From: a virus
Length of the DNA stretch: 64,000 nucleotides
Virus record (IMG/VR): IMGVR_UViG_3300012642_000011
Span: 192,001-256,000 of that record
Strand: one strand, 5' to 3'
This document shows positions 20,869-31,191 of the stretch, in pieces (the first letter of the stretch is position 1; each line of letters begins with the position of its first letter). The notes under the pieces were generated by a model. The model saw only the letters and a list, made by a program, of their open reading frames with translations. It was not told the DNA's origin and ran no database searches. A program made the position numbers and the translations under genes.

Positions 20869-22416
20869 TCAAGACTCACCACGCATGATCTTATTGAACA
20901 ATTCCAAATTGGGAGCATAAGAAGCCGCAACCTCCAAAGTACAATCATTCTTCCTCACAGCATTAGCTAAAGCATGCTCCATCGTCAACCCATTCCTAAT
21001 CATATATTGTTTAATAGACCACGTATCACCCTTCAAGATCATGGGCCTGATCTCATCAACAACAGGAAGAGCACAAGATACACTAATCAAGTTACCATTC
21101 TTCTTAGAAGGAACCAATACCTGATTCACCACCCCAATCAACTGCTCATTCAAAGAAGTCAACACCGTCTGCCTCTCCTCACCAGAATACTGAGCAATAA
21201 TTCTCGTAATAGCAGTCTCAGGACTATCAACGTGCATAGTAGACATAGAAAAGTGACCAGACTCAGCAGCCCTCAAAAACTCATCGACCTCAGACCTATC
21301 CCTAATCTCACCCACCATAATCATCTGAGGATGCTGACGCAAAGCACCCTTGATACCATCAGCAAAAGTCCTCAAATCAGTACCCAACTCCCTCTGAACA
21401 ATAAGACCTGCAGAATCATCAAAAACATACTCAATAGGATTCTCCAACGACACAATCTTCTTCGGATCTCTTCTCAAAACCTCATTCACAATAGAAGCAA
21501 ACGTCGTTGACTTACCGGAACCAGTAGCACCACACACCAAAACCATACCAGACGCCCTCTTCACCCACTCCAAAAGATAAGGATGAACACCAATCGCTTC
21601 AGGAGTAGGAATCTTAGAATTAATAATACGGAACGTCATATCCGGCGAATCACTAGTATGAGCAATATTCAACCTCGTCCTCACACCCCTATGCCTACCA
21701 GAATTAATCACATAAGCAGTATCAGCACCACGATTCTGAGCAAACTCACGCCTCTTCACATTACTGACAATCTCCGTCAAAAACCTTTCCACAACAGACA
21801 CAGGAATAACCCCGAAATCATTATAAGAACTCACTTTCTTATTAATCGTCAACCACACAGGAGCATCAGGCTTAATATGCACATCAGAGGCACCCTTATC
21901 AATCCCAAAAGCAAGAATCTCATCAATCTTTATATGAGCATAAGGATCATCTTCTTCATCATCGTCATCCTCATCAAAATAACCCTCAGAAGGATCAAGA
22001 GAGGCACGAGAGAGAATAGCATCCAGATCTGAATCAACTACACCACCACCTGATGAAACCCTCTCAGAATCGCTCTCAGGCTGTTCTACAACACCACCAT
22101 CCCTCAGAGCCAAAATGCTCTCAAAGTCATCCTCATCATCATCGTCATCATCCTCAACGATCTCTACAACCTCTTCCTCAACATCAATATTAGTATCCAT
22201 ATAGACATCAGCAGGAGAACGAGAAAGATCAACAGGAGTATCATCATCAGGCAAATCATCATCCTCATCAGAATCAAACGTAGAATTAATGATTTCCGTC
22301 TTATCCAAAAGACTCTGCTCCCTCAAAGCAAAAAAATCATCATCAGAAAACTCATCATTCTCATCTGGAAGATCATCATTCTCATCAGGCAAATCATCAT
22401 CAAAAGAAAAACTCAT
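20869..22416 (-). CDS. PilT/PilB/GspE-family secretion ATPase with about 160-aa D/E-repeat N-terminus
   Basis: Walker A CGATGSGKSTT, LENPIEY, Asp box VGEIRD, His box GHFSMSTMH; N-terminus DDDLPDENDDLPDENDEFSDDD repeats. Confidence 0.75.
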   Translation of the reverse strand: MSFSFDDDLPDENDDLPDENDEFSDDDFFALREQSLLDKTEIINSTFDSDEDDDLPDDDTPVDLSRSPADVYMDTNIDVEEEVVEIVEDDDDDDEDDFESILALRDGGVVEQPESDSERVSSGGGVVDSDLDAILSRASLDPSEGYFDEDDDDEEDDPYAHIKIDEILAFGIDKGASDVHIKPDAPVWLTINKKVSSYNDFGVIPVSVVERFLTEIVSNVKRREFAQNRGADTAYVINSGRHRGVRTRLNIAHTSDSPDMTFRIINSKIPTPEAIGVHPYLLEWVKRASGMVLVCGATGSGKSTTFASIVNEVLRRDPKKIVSLENPIEYVFDDSAGLIVQRELGTDLRTFADGIKGALRQHPQMIMVGEIRDRSEVDEFLRAAESGHFSMSTMHVDSPETAITRIIAQYSGEERQTVLTSLNEQLIGVVNQVLVPSKKNGNLISVSCALPVVDEIRPMILKGDTWSIKQYMIRNGLTMEHALANAVRKNDCTLEVAASYAPNLELFNKIMRGES

Positions 22417-22488
22417 CCCAACACCACCTCATATATACAATAAAGACAAAAACTTCTCATCATCTATTATCAACCACAAAAAGACAAA

Positions 22489-24540
22489 TCAAATCTTCCA
22501 CAAATCATTCCCCTTGAAAACACCATCCTCAGTAATCACAGGAACAATAGAAATCTTCCTCTTCTGAAAAAGATTAATCGTAGCCTTCTTAGCAATAGAC
22601 TCAAGCTTCATAGCAGCACCACGTGAATGACACACCCACACAACCTTACTATAAATCCTCTCATCATCAGCATAAGCCCTCAACGTTCGCTCATAACTAG
22701 CAGCATCCTTATTAGCAATCTCCACCTCAACAGCAATAGAACGCGGAGAACCATCAGCAGCACGAGGACGTGCAATCACAAGATCAGGAACATGATAAGA
22801 AGAACGCGTCGCCCTCTGCCTAGGCAACAAAGTCCACATAAACTCATTACCCGGCATCATCTCAGGAGAAGGAATTCTAGCACGATCAGAATGAGACAAC
22901 CACGTTTTAAAATCCGCATCCATCCTATTCATGATCTTCGGACGAAAATCATCAGCAACCTCAGTACCCCTCAACCTCGTCAAAGAAGACTGAATCTGCA
23001 ACTCCGAAACCAAATTCTCACCAGAAACACGATTACCACTCACATCAATCCTGTTATCAGAAGGAAAATCATTCAAATACAACACATTCAAACCACCACT
23101 CCACAAATGAGCAGCAACATGATTCGTAGTAAACGTATGATTAAACATAGAATACGTCACACCACTCTTCAACGTCCTCTTCACATCAAGACCAGTCAAC
23201 AACATACCAGCCTCAGTCAAATACCACACACTACCAACATGATAAATCTTCTGCCTCGTCACCAAACCCTGCTTCAACAATTTACCCATTCTCAAATTAG
23301 TCTGATTCTGCTTCGTATTCACCAAAATAGAAATATTCCTCGTCGTAGCATACTTAAACATAGCCAAAAATCTCAAAACCTCAAGATCCTTCGCATTCAC
23401 ACCAGGCAACATCCTACCCTTCTTAAAAGCATCCTCACCCTCAACAATCTGCTCCAACACCCGCACAGCCCGCACACCAGAACCATCCCTCTCCAAAGCC
23501 TTCTGAGCAAACCCCCTCACATCAGGATCATTACGCAACTTATTCACAGAAGAATTCAACCTCTTAAAAAAGTCCACCTCCTGCTCAGCCAACCTCATTC
23601 TAGAACCATCAGAACGCTTCCTACGCACCCTCTTCTGAGCACCAAAAATAATCTCCGTCTCACCATCACCAGAACCAGAATCATCCTCAACAACCATCTC
23701 AAAAGCATCCCTCGACCTAAACTCAGTCTGAGAATCCTGCACGCCAACCTTCTTATGATCATCCGACACAACAACATTAGACTCTAAGAAATCATCCCGA
23801 CGAGCACTCTTCCTACTACTCTTCTTCCTCTTCTCAGTAGCAGACCTCCTAAACTCATCCAACTCCTCACGATGCACCCTAGCCTGAGGAGTCTCAGGAA
23901 CATCCTCCGACAACACATCAGCCAACACATCACGATCCACACCAATAGCAGAATCACCACTAGGATCAGAAACAGCATCAACACCAGAAACAGAAGCATC
24001 AGAAGAAATCACATCAGTAAACTCTTCATCATCCTCATCCTCAAGGAAAAAATCAGACTCCCCATCATCAGAATCATCCTCATCCTCAACAACCAAATCA
24101 GAAGACCCACCAACAACATCATCAACACTTCCCTGACCAGAAGAAACACCCACTGAATCATCAACGCCAACCAAAGCAGACCCCATAGGCAAAGAAGGCA
24201 ACGCATCACCAGAATCAGAAGAAATCACATCAGTAAACTCTTCATCATCCTCATCCTCAAGAAAGAAATCAGACTCCACATCATCAGAATCGGAAATCAA
24301 ATCACCCTCAAAATCAAAATCATCCTCATCAAAATCCTCCCCCAAAGATTCACGCATACGAGCAATCTCCTGACGCATCAAAGCATCCTGCTGCATACGA
24401 TTCTTCTCCATCTCAGCCCTCAACTGATCAGGAGTCAACACAACCTCATCATCCTCAAAAAAGAAATCAGACTCCCCATCCACAGAATCATAATCCGAAT
24501 CACCAAAAGAAGACATACCCCTAGGAATCATCACAATCAC
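22489..24540 (-). CDS. 683-aa acidic-repeat protein with predicted winged-helix and possible C-terminal PD-(D/E)xK-like motif; candidate replication/initiator-type protein
   Basis: Tandem duplicated block GESDFFLEDEDDEEFTDVISSD; wHTH-like segment LEVLRFLAMFKYATTRNISIL; PDLVIARP...SIAVEVEIANK; adjacent to ori-like region. Confidence 0.3.
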   Translation of the reverse strand: MIVMIPRGMSSFGDSDYDSVDGESDFFFEDDEVVLTPDQLRAEMEKNRMQQDALMRQEIARMRESLGEDFDEDDFDFEGDLISDSDDVESDFFLEDEDDEEFTDVISSDSGDALPSLPMGSALVGVDDSVGVSSGQGSVDDVVGGSSDLVVEDEDDSDDGESDFFLEDEDDEEFTDVISSDASVSGVDAVSDPSGDSAIGVDRDVLADVLSEDVPETPQARVHREELDEFRRSATEKRKKSSRKSARRDDFLESNVVVSDDHKKVGVQDSQTEFRSRDAFEMVVEDDSGSGDGETEIIFGAQKRVRRKRSDGSRMRLAEQEVDFFKRLNSSVNKLRNDPDVRGFAQKALERDGSGVRAVRVLEQIVEGEDAFKKGRMLPGVNAKDLEVLRFLAMFKYATTRNISILVNTKQNQTNLRMGKLLKQGLVTRQKIYHVGSVWYLTEAGMLLTGLDVKRTLKSGVTYSMFNHTFTTNHVAAHLWSGGLNVLYLNDFPSDNRIDVSGNRVSGENLVSELQIQSSLTRLRGTEVADDFRPKIMNRMDADFKTWLSHSDRARIPSPEMMPGNEFMWTLLPRQRATRSSYHVPDLVIARPRAADGSPRSIAVEVEIANKDAASYERTLRAYADDERIYSKVVWVCHSRGAAMKLESIAKKATINLFQKRKISIVPVITEDGVFKGNDLWKI

Positions 24541-24544
24541 ACCT

Positions 24545-26050
24545 CACACTAGAATCCCATATACATATAAGATCACAACAATCAACCCTGAACAAAAACA
24601 ATCCCAACAGAAAAATCCAAGATCACGTAATTGAACAGATCAATGTATTGTAACAAAAATAAACCTACCACAACGCAAAAATATACAGCGCAAACTCCAC
24701 ACCACCAACCAAAACAACACCCTCACACAACCACACCACAATACCCAAAACAGACCATCCTATACTTTAAAATAAATAAATAAAAACAGCCAACAACGCA
24801 CACTCAAGCCAACAAACCCACAACCAACATCCAAAGCACCACAATAGACAAACACCACCTACTACACCAAACCATTAAAACAATCAGTACTAAGAACACC
24901 CACACAACAATAAACTTCATAAGCACACCACAACAACCAACAACACTCAAAGACACAAGAACACAAGCACACAAGACAACCAAGCACACAAAAGAAATAC
25001 ACCAGCAGCGCACATAACCTGAGCATAGACATCAAAGCCAAACCACGATTACAAAAACACAAATCAACCCAAAGCCACGCACACACAAAACAAAAATGTA
25101 TAAATTAAAACCTAAAATCAAACATTCAAAACACCAAAACAACGCACACCAAGACTACAAAGAACACAAACAAGCGCCCAAAACCGCCAGTATAAAATCC
25201 CACAACACACAACGTGCTATACAAACCAACCCAACACAAGCACACAAAACAAACTCTTCTACACTATAAAACTACACAACCCAACCTCAATCACGCAACA
25301 CAGTCATCACAATCAAAGCCCAAAAACAAACCTCAAAGACTCCACAGCCCAACCTAAAAACCATATAACCTAAACCAAAAACAACACAACTGAACCTAAA
25401 ACTTTACAACAAGACACTACACAGACAGAAAAATAACTCATTAAAACCTTAAAACCAATCACCACAAATTTTAAACCCAAGCATCACAAACTCCAAAATG
25501 ATGCAACACAAACCTTAAACCAAGTATTAAAAACCGCATGGCACAAAATACAAACTTTAAAATCATGCCTCACAAACTTTAAAATCGCGCCTTACAAAAC
25601 CGCACCACACATATTACAAACTTTAAAACCACGCAACAGAAGACAAAACAACCACGATACAAATACATACTACAGAACACAAACACAGTCAAACCAACAC
25701 TGCAAACACACCCAAACCAATACTTTCAAACATTCAAATCAACTTCGCCAAACACCTAAACTAACACCGCCAAACAATCAACACCAATACCCAAACAACA
25801 CCCTAAAACAAAAAACAAACACTCCAAAATAAAAATCAACAATGAAAACACTACTACACCAACAATGAAAACGCTACTACTACAACCAGAAATAAATCAA
25901 AATTATCAACACCCTGTGCAAAACATGATTCCCAACCCAAAAACCCCAATAACAACACTAAAAAATAGGAAAAAATAGAAACCATTCGAAAACGAATATA
26001 AAAATAGAAACCAGGGTACAAACCAGGTTTTACTGTCAAAAGATTTCAGA
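24545..26050. repeat. about 1.5 kb C+A-rich, G/T-depleted strand-skewed low-complexity non-coding region with short direct repeats
   Basis: Top strand almost devoid of G; repeats such as acaaactttaaaa(t/c)c at least 3 times around 25.5 kb; no credible ORF on either strand. Confidence 0.6.
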
Positions 26051-26126
26051 AGCTTCTGAAATCCTTTGTATCAAAAATCATAATTATCAACAATCCCGCT
26101 CCCGCCACACCCAGAACTACTTCTTC

Positions 26127-26178
26127 TGTGGATAACTAAACAACGAATGTGGATAAGAATACTTCTACATGTGGACAA
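26127..26178 (+). promoter_or_regulatory. cluster of three DnaA boxes (TTATCCACA x2, TTGTCCACA x1 on the minus strand) spaced 21-22 bp
   Basis: tgtggataa at 26127 and 26148, tgtggacaa at 26170, all in the same orientation. Confidence 0.5.
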
Positions 26179-26426
26179 GATGTTAACACTACAACTACAA
26201 CAAACATATATACAAATACAACGACAACAAACACACCTACCACAACTACGAATACCACCACCACGAACACGATCACAGTTAACACGATGAAGACCCTCAC
26301 AGCCTTCATCACAACCAGTACACACGCTCACGCGAACACCCCCACGCGCTCAGTACACGATCTCACGATCATCACCAACCAGCACACGCTCAAGGAACAG
26401 TGACCTGTACATGCTGACATGGGAAG

Positions 26427-26779
26427 GGGTGTGCGCATACTCTTGAGAGGCATGATCACCATGGCATCGAACAGCACCCATGGGAGGGAAGGGGTGTGCG
26501 CACATGGTTGCAAGGTCAGCGTAAGAGGACAATGGTCACGTTGATCTCATGGGGTAACGGGTGTGCGCATATAGTTGGTCTGATGGCAGGGGTCACCACG
26601 TAGGTAAAGAACTCGTGAGAGGTATAAGTCAATGCGTGGTGTTGCTCGTGAGAGAGGTACTGAGTGATGACGCGTGAGCGTGGGGATGGGTGTGCGCATA
26701 CAGTTGATGGGGAGAGTTGATCGGAGAATCTCACCTCGTGGGTAAAGTAATCATGAGGAGGAGAGAACGGGTGTGCGCA
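26427..26779 (+). repeat. five direct 13-bp iterons GGGTGTGCGCA(T/C)A with extended flanking similarity (CATGGG..A.GGGTGTGCGCAYA)
   Basis: Copies at about 26427, 26492, 26559, 26688, 26767; interspersed conserved ctcgtgagagg and gacgcgtgagcg repeats. Confidence 0.65.
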
Positions 26780-26899
26780 CACTGTTGTGAGCAGTAGGTC
26801 AGAGAAATAAAGTGGGACTATGATGAGGTAGGTTCCTCGTGAGAGGTCATCATCTGAAGAAGGGGAATCATGAGGGGGATAGTTTCCGTAGAGAACCTA

Positions 26900-27450
26900 A
26901 AGGGAACTCATGACGCGTGAGCGTTGATCATCACGTTGGTACAGGGGAGCAGAGCGGGTACTCATGAGGGGAACTGGGTACTCACGATGGTTGACTGTTG
27001 GAGGGTACTGATGGTTGCGGGGAGAGATCATGGAGCAGGAGAGATCATCATGAGGCAGGGAGATCACGGTGGAACAGGGAGATCACATGGTGGGCGGAGA
27101 GCGTGGAGATCAGAGCGGGGGAACTCATGGGTCAGTTGGTGGTTGGGGAGCGAGGGGAACTCATGGTATGGGAGGCTACTGTTGAGAGCGAGGGAGGTCA
27201 TGGTGGGAGCAGGAGAGGTCATGGTGGTTGCTGTTGGGAGCGGGAGCAGGGGAGGAGAGTGTGATGGGGAGATGATGATGGCTGAGGGGGAGGTGAGGAG
27301 AGGGTACTGTTGGGAGCAGGGGTGAGGGCGAGGAAGAGCATGATGGCTAGGTGAGGAGGCTGTGTGAGGTTGGGGAGGAGAGGGTGCTGGGGAGAGCGCG
27401 TGAGCGTGTGACGGGGGAGGTTGTTGGTGACGGCGCTGCGCGGGCGGTGT
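26900..27450 (+). repeat. G/A-rich degenerate tandem repeats (GGGAGATCAT / GGGAACTCATGG / GGAGGTCATGGTGG units)
   Basis: Visible periodic repeats; the ORFs called here are low-complexity artefacts. Confidence 0.45.
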
Positions 27451-27831
27451 CGTAGGTTTTTATTTTTTTGAGGGGGCTGCGCTCGCGGTGGGGGAGGTTT
27501 TTTAGGGACACAGTTTGGGGAGAGGAAATAATTTCATGGGGAGAGTAATAATTCTGGTCATGGTAGTGTATGCTGGTGTGGTGTTTTATTTCTTAGGGTG
27601 TGCTGTCGCCGTGGTCAGGTTGGAGTGTGCTGTGGGTTTGTGTTGTGTCGGCGGGGTAGTGAATTCGTGAGTTGACTTTTATTGTTCTCTGTGTGAGCAT
27701 GTTCTCTGTGTGAGCGTGGGAGATATAATTCGGTTGTTGTTGCAGTGTAGTGTTTGTAATGTGGTGCGACCCGCTGTTCTCCCGTGTGGGGTACTGGGCG
27801 GGCCGCTTGTGATCGTGGGGTCAGGCGTCCA

Positions 27832-27933
27832 TGTCGTCCATCTGGTCGGCAACGTAGCCGGAGCTCTTCGTGAGGAGGAAGAGGAAGATGGCGAAGTAGA
27901 GGATGATGAAGATGATTTCCATGATGTTCTCCT
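27832..27933 (-). CDS. 34-aa hydrophobic peptide (MEIIFIILYFAIFLFLLTKSSGYVADQMDDMDA)
   Basis: SD plus ATG preceded by conserved leader (catgatgttctccttgtggagtgtggggg); below the ORF-track size cutoff, translated by hand. Confidence 0.35.
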
Positions 27934-28164
27934 TGTGGAGTGTGGGGGTTTGGTCTCTTCCCTTGCCCTGTTGATGGTTTAATCATAGCATGGGGGACGC
28001 TCCATGCGCAAGGTGGTGTGGGAATTAATTTGTCGTGAAGTGGCCCGCTGTTTTCTCGTGTGAGGTACTAGGACGGGCCGCTTGCTGCCGTGGGACGGAC
28101 ATTTGTGTGCTGCTGGTTGGGTGCAGCAGTGTGTTTCCTTGTGGTTGGTGGTGTTGCCTTTGGT

Positions 28165-28311
28165 GTCAGCCGAGGTTGTTCCAGTGGGTATCGGGGGTGT
28201 GTCGGGGCTGGGTCTTGTCGTATCGCACGGTCTGGGCCTTGGGGGTGGGGTTGAGGGCGAAGAAGGATGCGATCACGAGGGTGGCGATGACGATGAGCAG
28301 GGCGGTCATGG
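28165..28311 (-). CDS. about 48-aa membrane peptide (MTALLIVIATLVIASFFALNP...)
   Basis: SD aaggagaacacc-ATG; hand translated. Confidence 0.35.
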
Positions 28312-28578
28312 TGTTCTCCTTAGGTGTCGTTGTTGGTTTAATCGTATCATGTGGTTTGGGTGTTGTCTATGTGTGCTGGTGTTCGTGTGTGGTTTTATTT
28401 AGGGACACAGGTTTGCGTAGTGGTGGTTTTCGGTTTAATTGTTCATGTTGAGTGTGTGCAAGTGTCCTCTCCGTGCGCAAGTGTCTTCTCCATGCTACCA
28501 CACGCACGCTTGCATATGCAGGAACGCTTGCACACGCCTCCCTGTGCAAGCGTTGTGTGGAGTGTTCTTGTGGGTGTG

Positions 28579-28899
28579 TTAGCCCATGAGGTAGTTGCTG
28601 TATGCGTTGGAGCATCGTGGGGAGCATACGCTGTCGTTTCCGGCGTCTTCTACGGAGAAGGTGTCACCGCAGTTGAGGCATTTGGCCCAGTGTTCTCCGA
28701 GGATAAGGATGCGGAGGTTGATGGCTGCGATTTCTCTGTGTTCTGGGTAATCACTGTTGAGGTTTTCTAGGGTGCTGGTGATGTGTTCTCGTTTGGGGTC
28801 GTTGGGGTCGAGGTTGTTCACGTATTCATTGATGGCGTGGTCTGTGAGGTTGGGGTGGGAGAGGAGGATGTTTACTTTGAGGTTGTTGATGCTTGTCAT
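28579..28899 (-). CDS. 106-aa protein with C-terminal CxxC...CxxxC zinc-ribbon-like motif
   Basis: ORF with SD; CLNCGDTFSV...CSPRC. Confidence 0.45.
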   Translation of the reverse strand: MTSINNLKVNILLSHPNLTDHAINEYVNNLDPNDPKREHITSTLENLNSDYPEHREIAAINLRILILGEHWAKCLNCGDTFSVEDAGNDSVCSPRCSNAYSNYLMG

Positions 28900-29124
28900 T
28901 GTGTTCTTCTTTCTCTTTGTATTGATGTGATGCCGTTTTTTGTTGTGAACGTGGGTAGTGTTGTTGTTTTATCGATTTCTTCTAGTTTCTTTGTCCATTC
29001 TTGTATCTGTTGCTGGTGTTGGTTTTGGTTGGTGTGATGGTGTTCTCCCTGTTGGTGGTTTTGTTTATTGTGTCGTTTGTGTTTTCTTTTCATGTTTTAC
29101 CTAGGGGCTGTATGATTTGTGCTT

Positions 29125-29383
29125 TTAATATGCGTGTTTTATTGGGAGTGTTCCTTTTCGCATGAGTGTGGTGAAGGTCCAGATGCAGGCTAGTGTGGAT
29201 GCCAGCGGCCAGAGTGGGGCGATGATGGCGATGAGGGCACCGATTTTGCGCATGTGTAGTGAGCGGTTTGTGACGTAGTTGGTAGTGTTGCTTCCTACGC
29301 AACCAGCTACGATCCAGAGGGCTACGGTGACAATCGACCATACGGTGAGGATTGTGATGTATAGAGTGTCTGGGTTGTTCATG
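29125..29383 (-). CDS. small 2-TM membrane protein
   Basis: Start at MNNPDTLYITIL; hydrophobic helices. Confidence 0.4.
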
Positions 29384-29384
29384 G

Positions 29385-29846
29385 TTAGTTCTTCCTTACC
29401 TTCCATGTTCCGATGATGACTTTTTCTCGGGCGATGCATTTTCTGATTTCAGAGTCGGATGTCCATATTCCATACCAGTATCCACCTATACCGAGTACGG
29501 CTTTCTGGGTGCGCCATGTTTTTCCGCATACTACGGCTTCGATAAAGTTACGGTTATCTGCGGGGATGATGACTGTTTTTCGTGTCTGGAAGATGGTGTC
29601 AGGCTGTTTCTCGCGTCGGATTGTGAGCGTGATGCCGTCTCCTTCGCCGTAGGTGATCCATCTGCCGTCTTCGCTTCGGCACATACCATAAGCATCTCTG
29701 TGGTGGAAGATTCCTTCGCGGCGTTCGATGACGGTCATCCCGTTCACTTTTCTTTTCCACACCCATGTGAGGTGGTCTCCCAAGATGGCGTCGTTGGCTC
29801 GTGCGTTCTCGATGATCTGCATGTTCGTGTGATCTTGTGTAGTCAT
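29385..29846 (-). CDS. paralog family A member 1 (unknown function)
   Basis: Shares N-terminal M..Q.IENA...D.L.GDH.TW and C-terminal ITIRR..K...T..IIPA motifs with the 30000..30467 and 31186..31638 genes. Confidence 0.55.
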   Translation of the reverse strand: MTTQDHTNMQIIENARANDAILGDHLTWVWKRKVNGMTVIERREGIFHHRDAYGMCRSEDGRWITYGEGDGITLTIRREKQPDTIFQTRKTVIIPADNRNFIEAVVCGKTWRTQKAVLGIGGYWYGIWTSDSEIRKCIAREKVIIGTWKVRKN

Positions 29847-29847
29847 T

Positions 29848-29997
29848 TCGTTTCCTTGACGTCGATGTGGTATGCGGCCATGATGGCTGTGATGAATGCG
29901 CAGTAGGCGGAGATTGTGTATAACTCTTGCGCTCCTGTCTTCAGGCCGATGACGACGAGGGCGAGGAGAATGAAGGTGGCTGCGATGTATTTCATGG
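29848..29997 (-). CDS. about 49-aa membrane peptide (MKYIAATFILLALVVIGLKTG...)
   Basis: Hand-translated small ORF between the two family-A genes. Confidence 0.3.
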
Positions 29998-29999
29998 TT

Positions 30000-30467
30000 C
30001 TACTTTACATGTACCGTTGATGATGTTTTCTGGGGCGACCGAGGTGTGCAGTTTATAGGATATGTCCAATTTCTTATCTGATGTGAGGATAACTTTAAAC
30101 TCTCGCCATGCTGCTTGCCATTGTCCATTGTGGTCAAGGACGGCTTCACGTGCTCTGTACTTTTTCCTTCTACCACGGCTTGGATGCGTTCATGCCCGTC
30201 AGCGGGGATGATGGCTGTCATTGGTTTTGTGGGGAGGGTTGTTTGTAGGGTTCTGTGGATGGTGAGTTCGCTTTCGCCTGCTGTGATCCATGCACCTTCT
30301 TTGTTTTTCCAGTCGCCGTTTGCGTCTTGGTGGTAGGCGGTTCCTTCGCGTTGTTGTGTGACGGTGATCATGCCATCATGGCGGGTCCGTGTCCAGATGA
30401 GGTAGTCACCGGGGAGTACGTCTTTGCATTTGGCGTTCTCGATGGTCTGTATGTTATGATTGCTCAT
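30000..30467 (-). CDS. paralog family A member 2
   Basis: MSNHNIQTIENAKCKDVLPGDYLIWT... homologous to family A members 1 and 3. Confidence 0.55.
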   Translation of the reverse strand: MSNHNIQTIENAKCKDVLPGDYLIWTRTRHDGMITVTQQREGTAYHQDANGDWKNKEGAWITAGESELTIHRTLQTTLPTKPMTAIIPADGHERIQAVVEGKSTEHVKPSLTTMDNGKQHGESLKLSSHQIRNWTYPINCTPRSPQKTSSTVHVK

Positions 30468-30690
30468 TGTGCTCCTGATTATGGGAATATTTACACTACT
30501 GATCTATCCACTGTAGCATATGTGTGTCTCGTTTTCAACCCTATTGGGGATGTTTTCTTTAGGTTGCTGTGAAGTGTTCGTGACTTTGGGGTTAGGTTGC
30601 TGTGGGGACACAATGTTGGGTGTAATAATCTTGTGTTTTCGTCATGGTGTTTTATCTGTTCTGTGTACTTTGTCATCTGTGTGCTTTGTT

Positions 30691-30748
30691 CAATCACTAA
30701 CGGCCCGCTGTCCTCCCGTGTGGGGTTCTAGCGGGCCGTTAGTGATTG
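30691..30748. terminator. long hairpin (18-bp stem) with conserved loop TGTCCTCCCGTGTGGGGTTCTA (type-1 hairpin family)
   Basis: caatcactaacggcccgc[loop]gcgggccgttagtgattg; same loop recurs at about 27756, 28044, 32670, 33540, 34418, 35157. Confidence 0.6.
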
Positions 30749-30787
30749 CTTCTGATGTGCTGACAGGAGTGAGCAGCGTGGGGGCGT

Positions 30788-31191
30788 TCAGTCGTGCGTC
30801 TTGGGGCGTCGAATCGTGATGCCGGTGATTTCTCTCTTGCCATCGCCCCAGTAGTCATCCTTGAGCATGACAGTTCCCCACGTCACATGATCTCCGACTC
30901 GGATGTGCTTGCCGGTATCGTCGTGGATGATTTCCATGTTGTCGTTGATCTGTTGTGCCGTGTTGTTGGGGGTGGCTTTACGGTTCTGCAGGTCGTTGAA
31001 GAAGTACACTCCCCAGATGCAGAGGAAGGGGAGAATCATGAGGCAGATCATGAAGTAGACGGCAGCGGTTGCATCGGTCAGCACGGGGGTGATGTCTGCG
31101 ACCATCCATGCGAGCAGGTTGTTGAAGGGGTGAGAGGCGTGCGCGTAGTTGAGCGTTTCGATGAACGTCTCGATCAGCGTTTCAATCATGA
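30788..31191 (-). CDS. family A-related protein with N-terminal TM extension
   Basis: Start MIETLIETF after SD ggagagagcatc; C-terminal GDHVTWGTVM...ITGITIRRP aligns with family A. Confidence 0.45.

Noticed and set aside
22627-23787. 386-aa + strand ORF rich in R/H/T/L opposite the 683-aa minus-strand gene, and similar + ORFs 20974..21510 and 21583..22032 opposite the PilT-like gene
   Set aside because: Shadow ORFs: compositionally biased, no RBS, overlap a well-supported gene with recognisable ATPase motifs on the other strand.
26900-27450. ORFs called in the G/A-rich repeat region (e.g. 26924..27325, 26998..27264) and in the CA-rich region (24804..25086)
   Set aside because: Low-complexity translations (G/E/R/W runs) with no start context; they are by-products of tandem nucleotide repeats.
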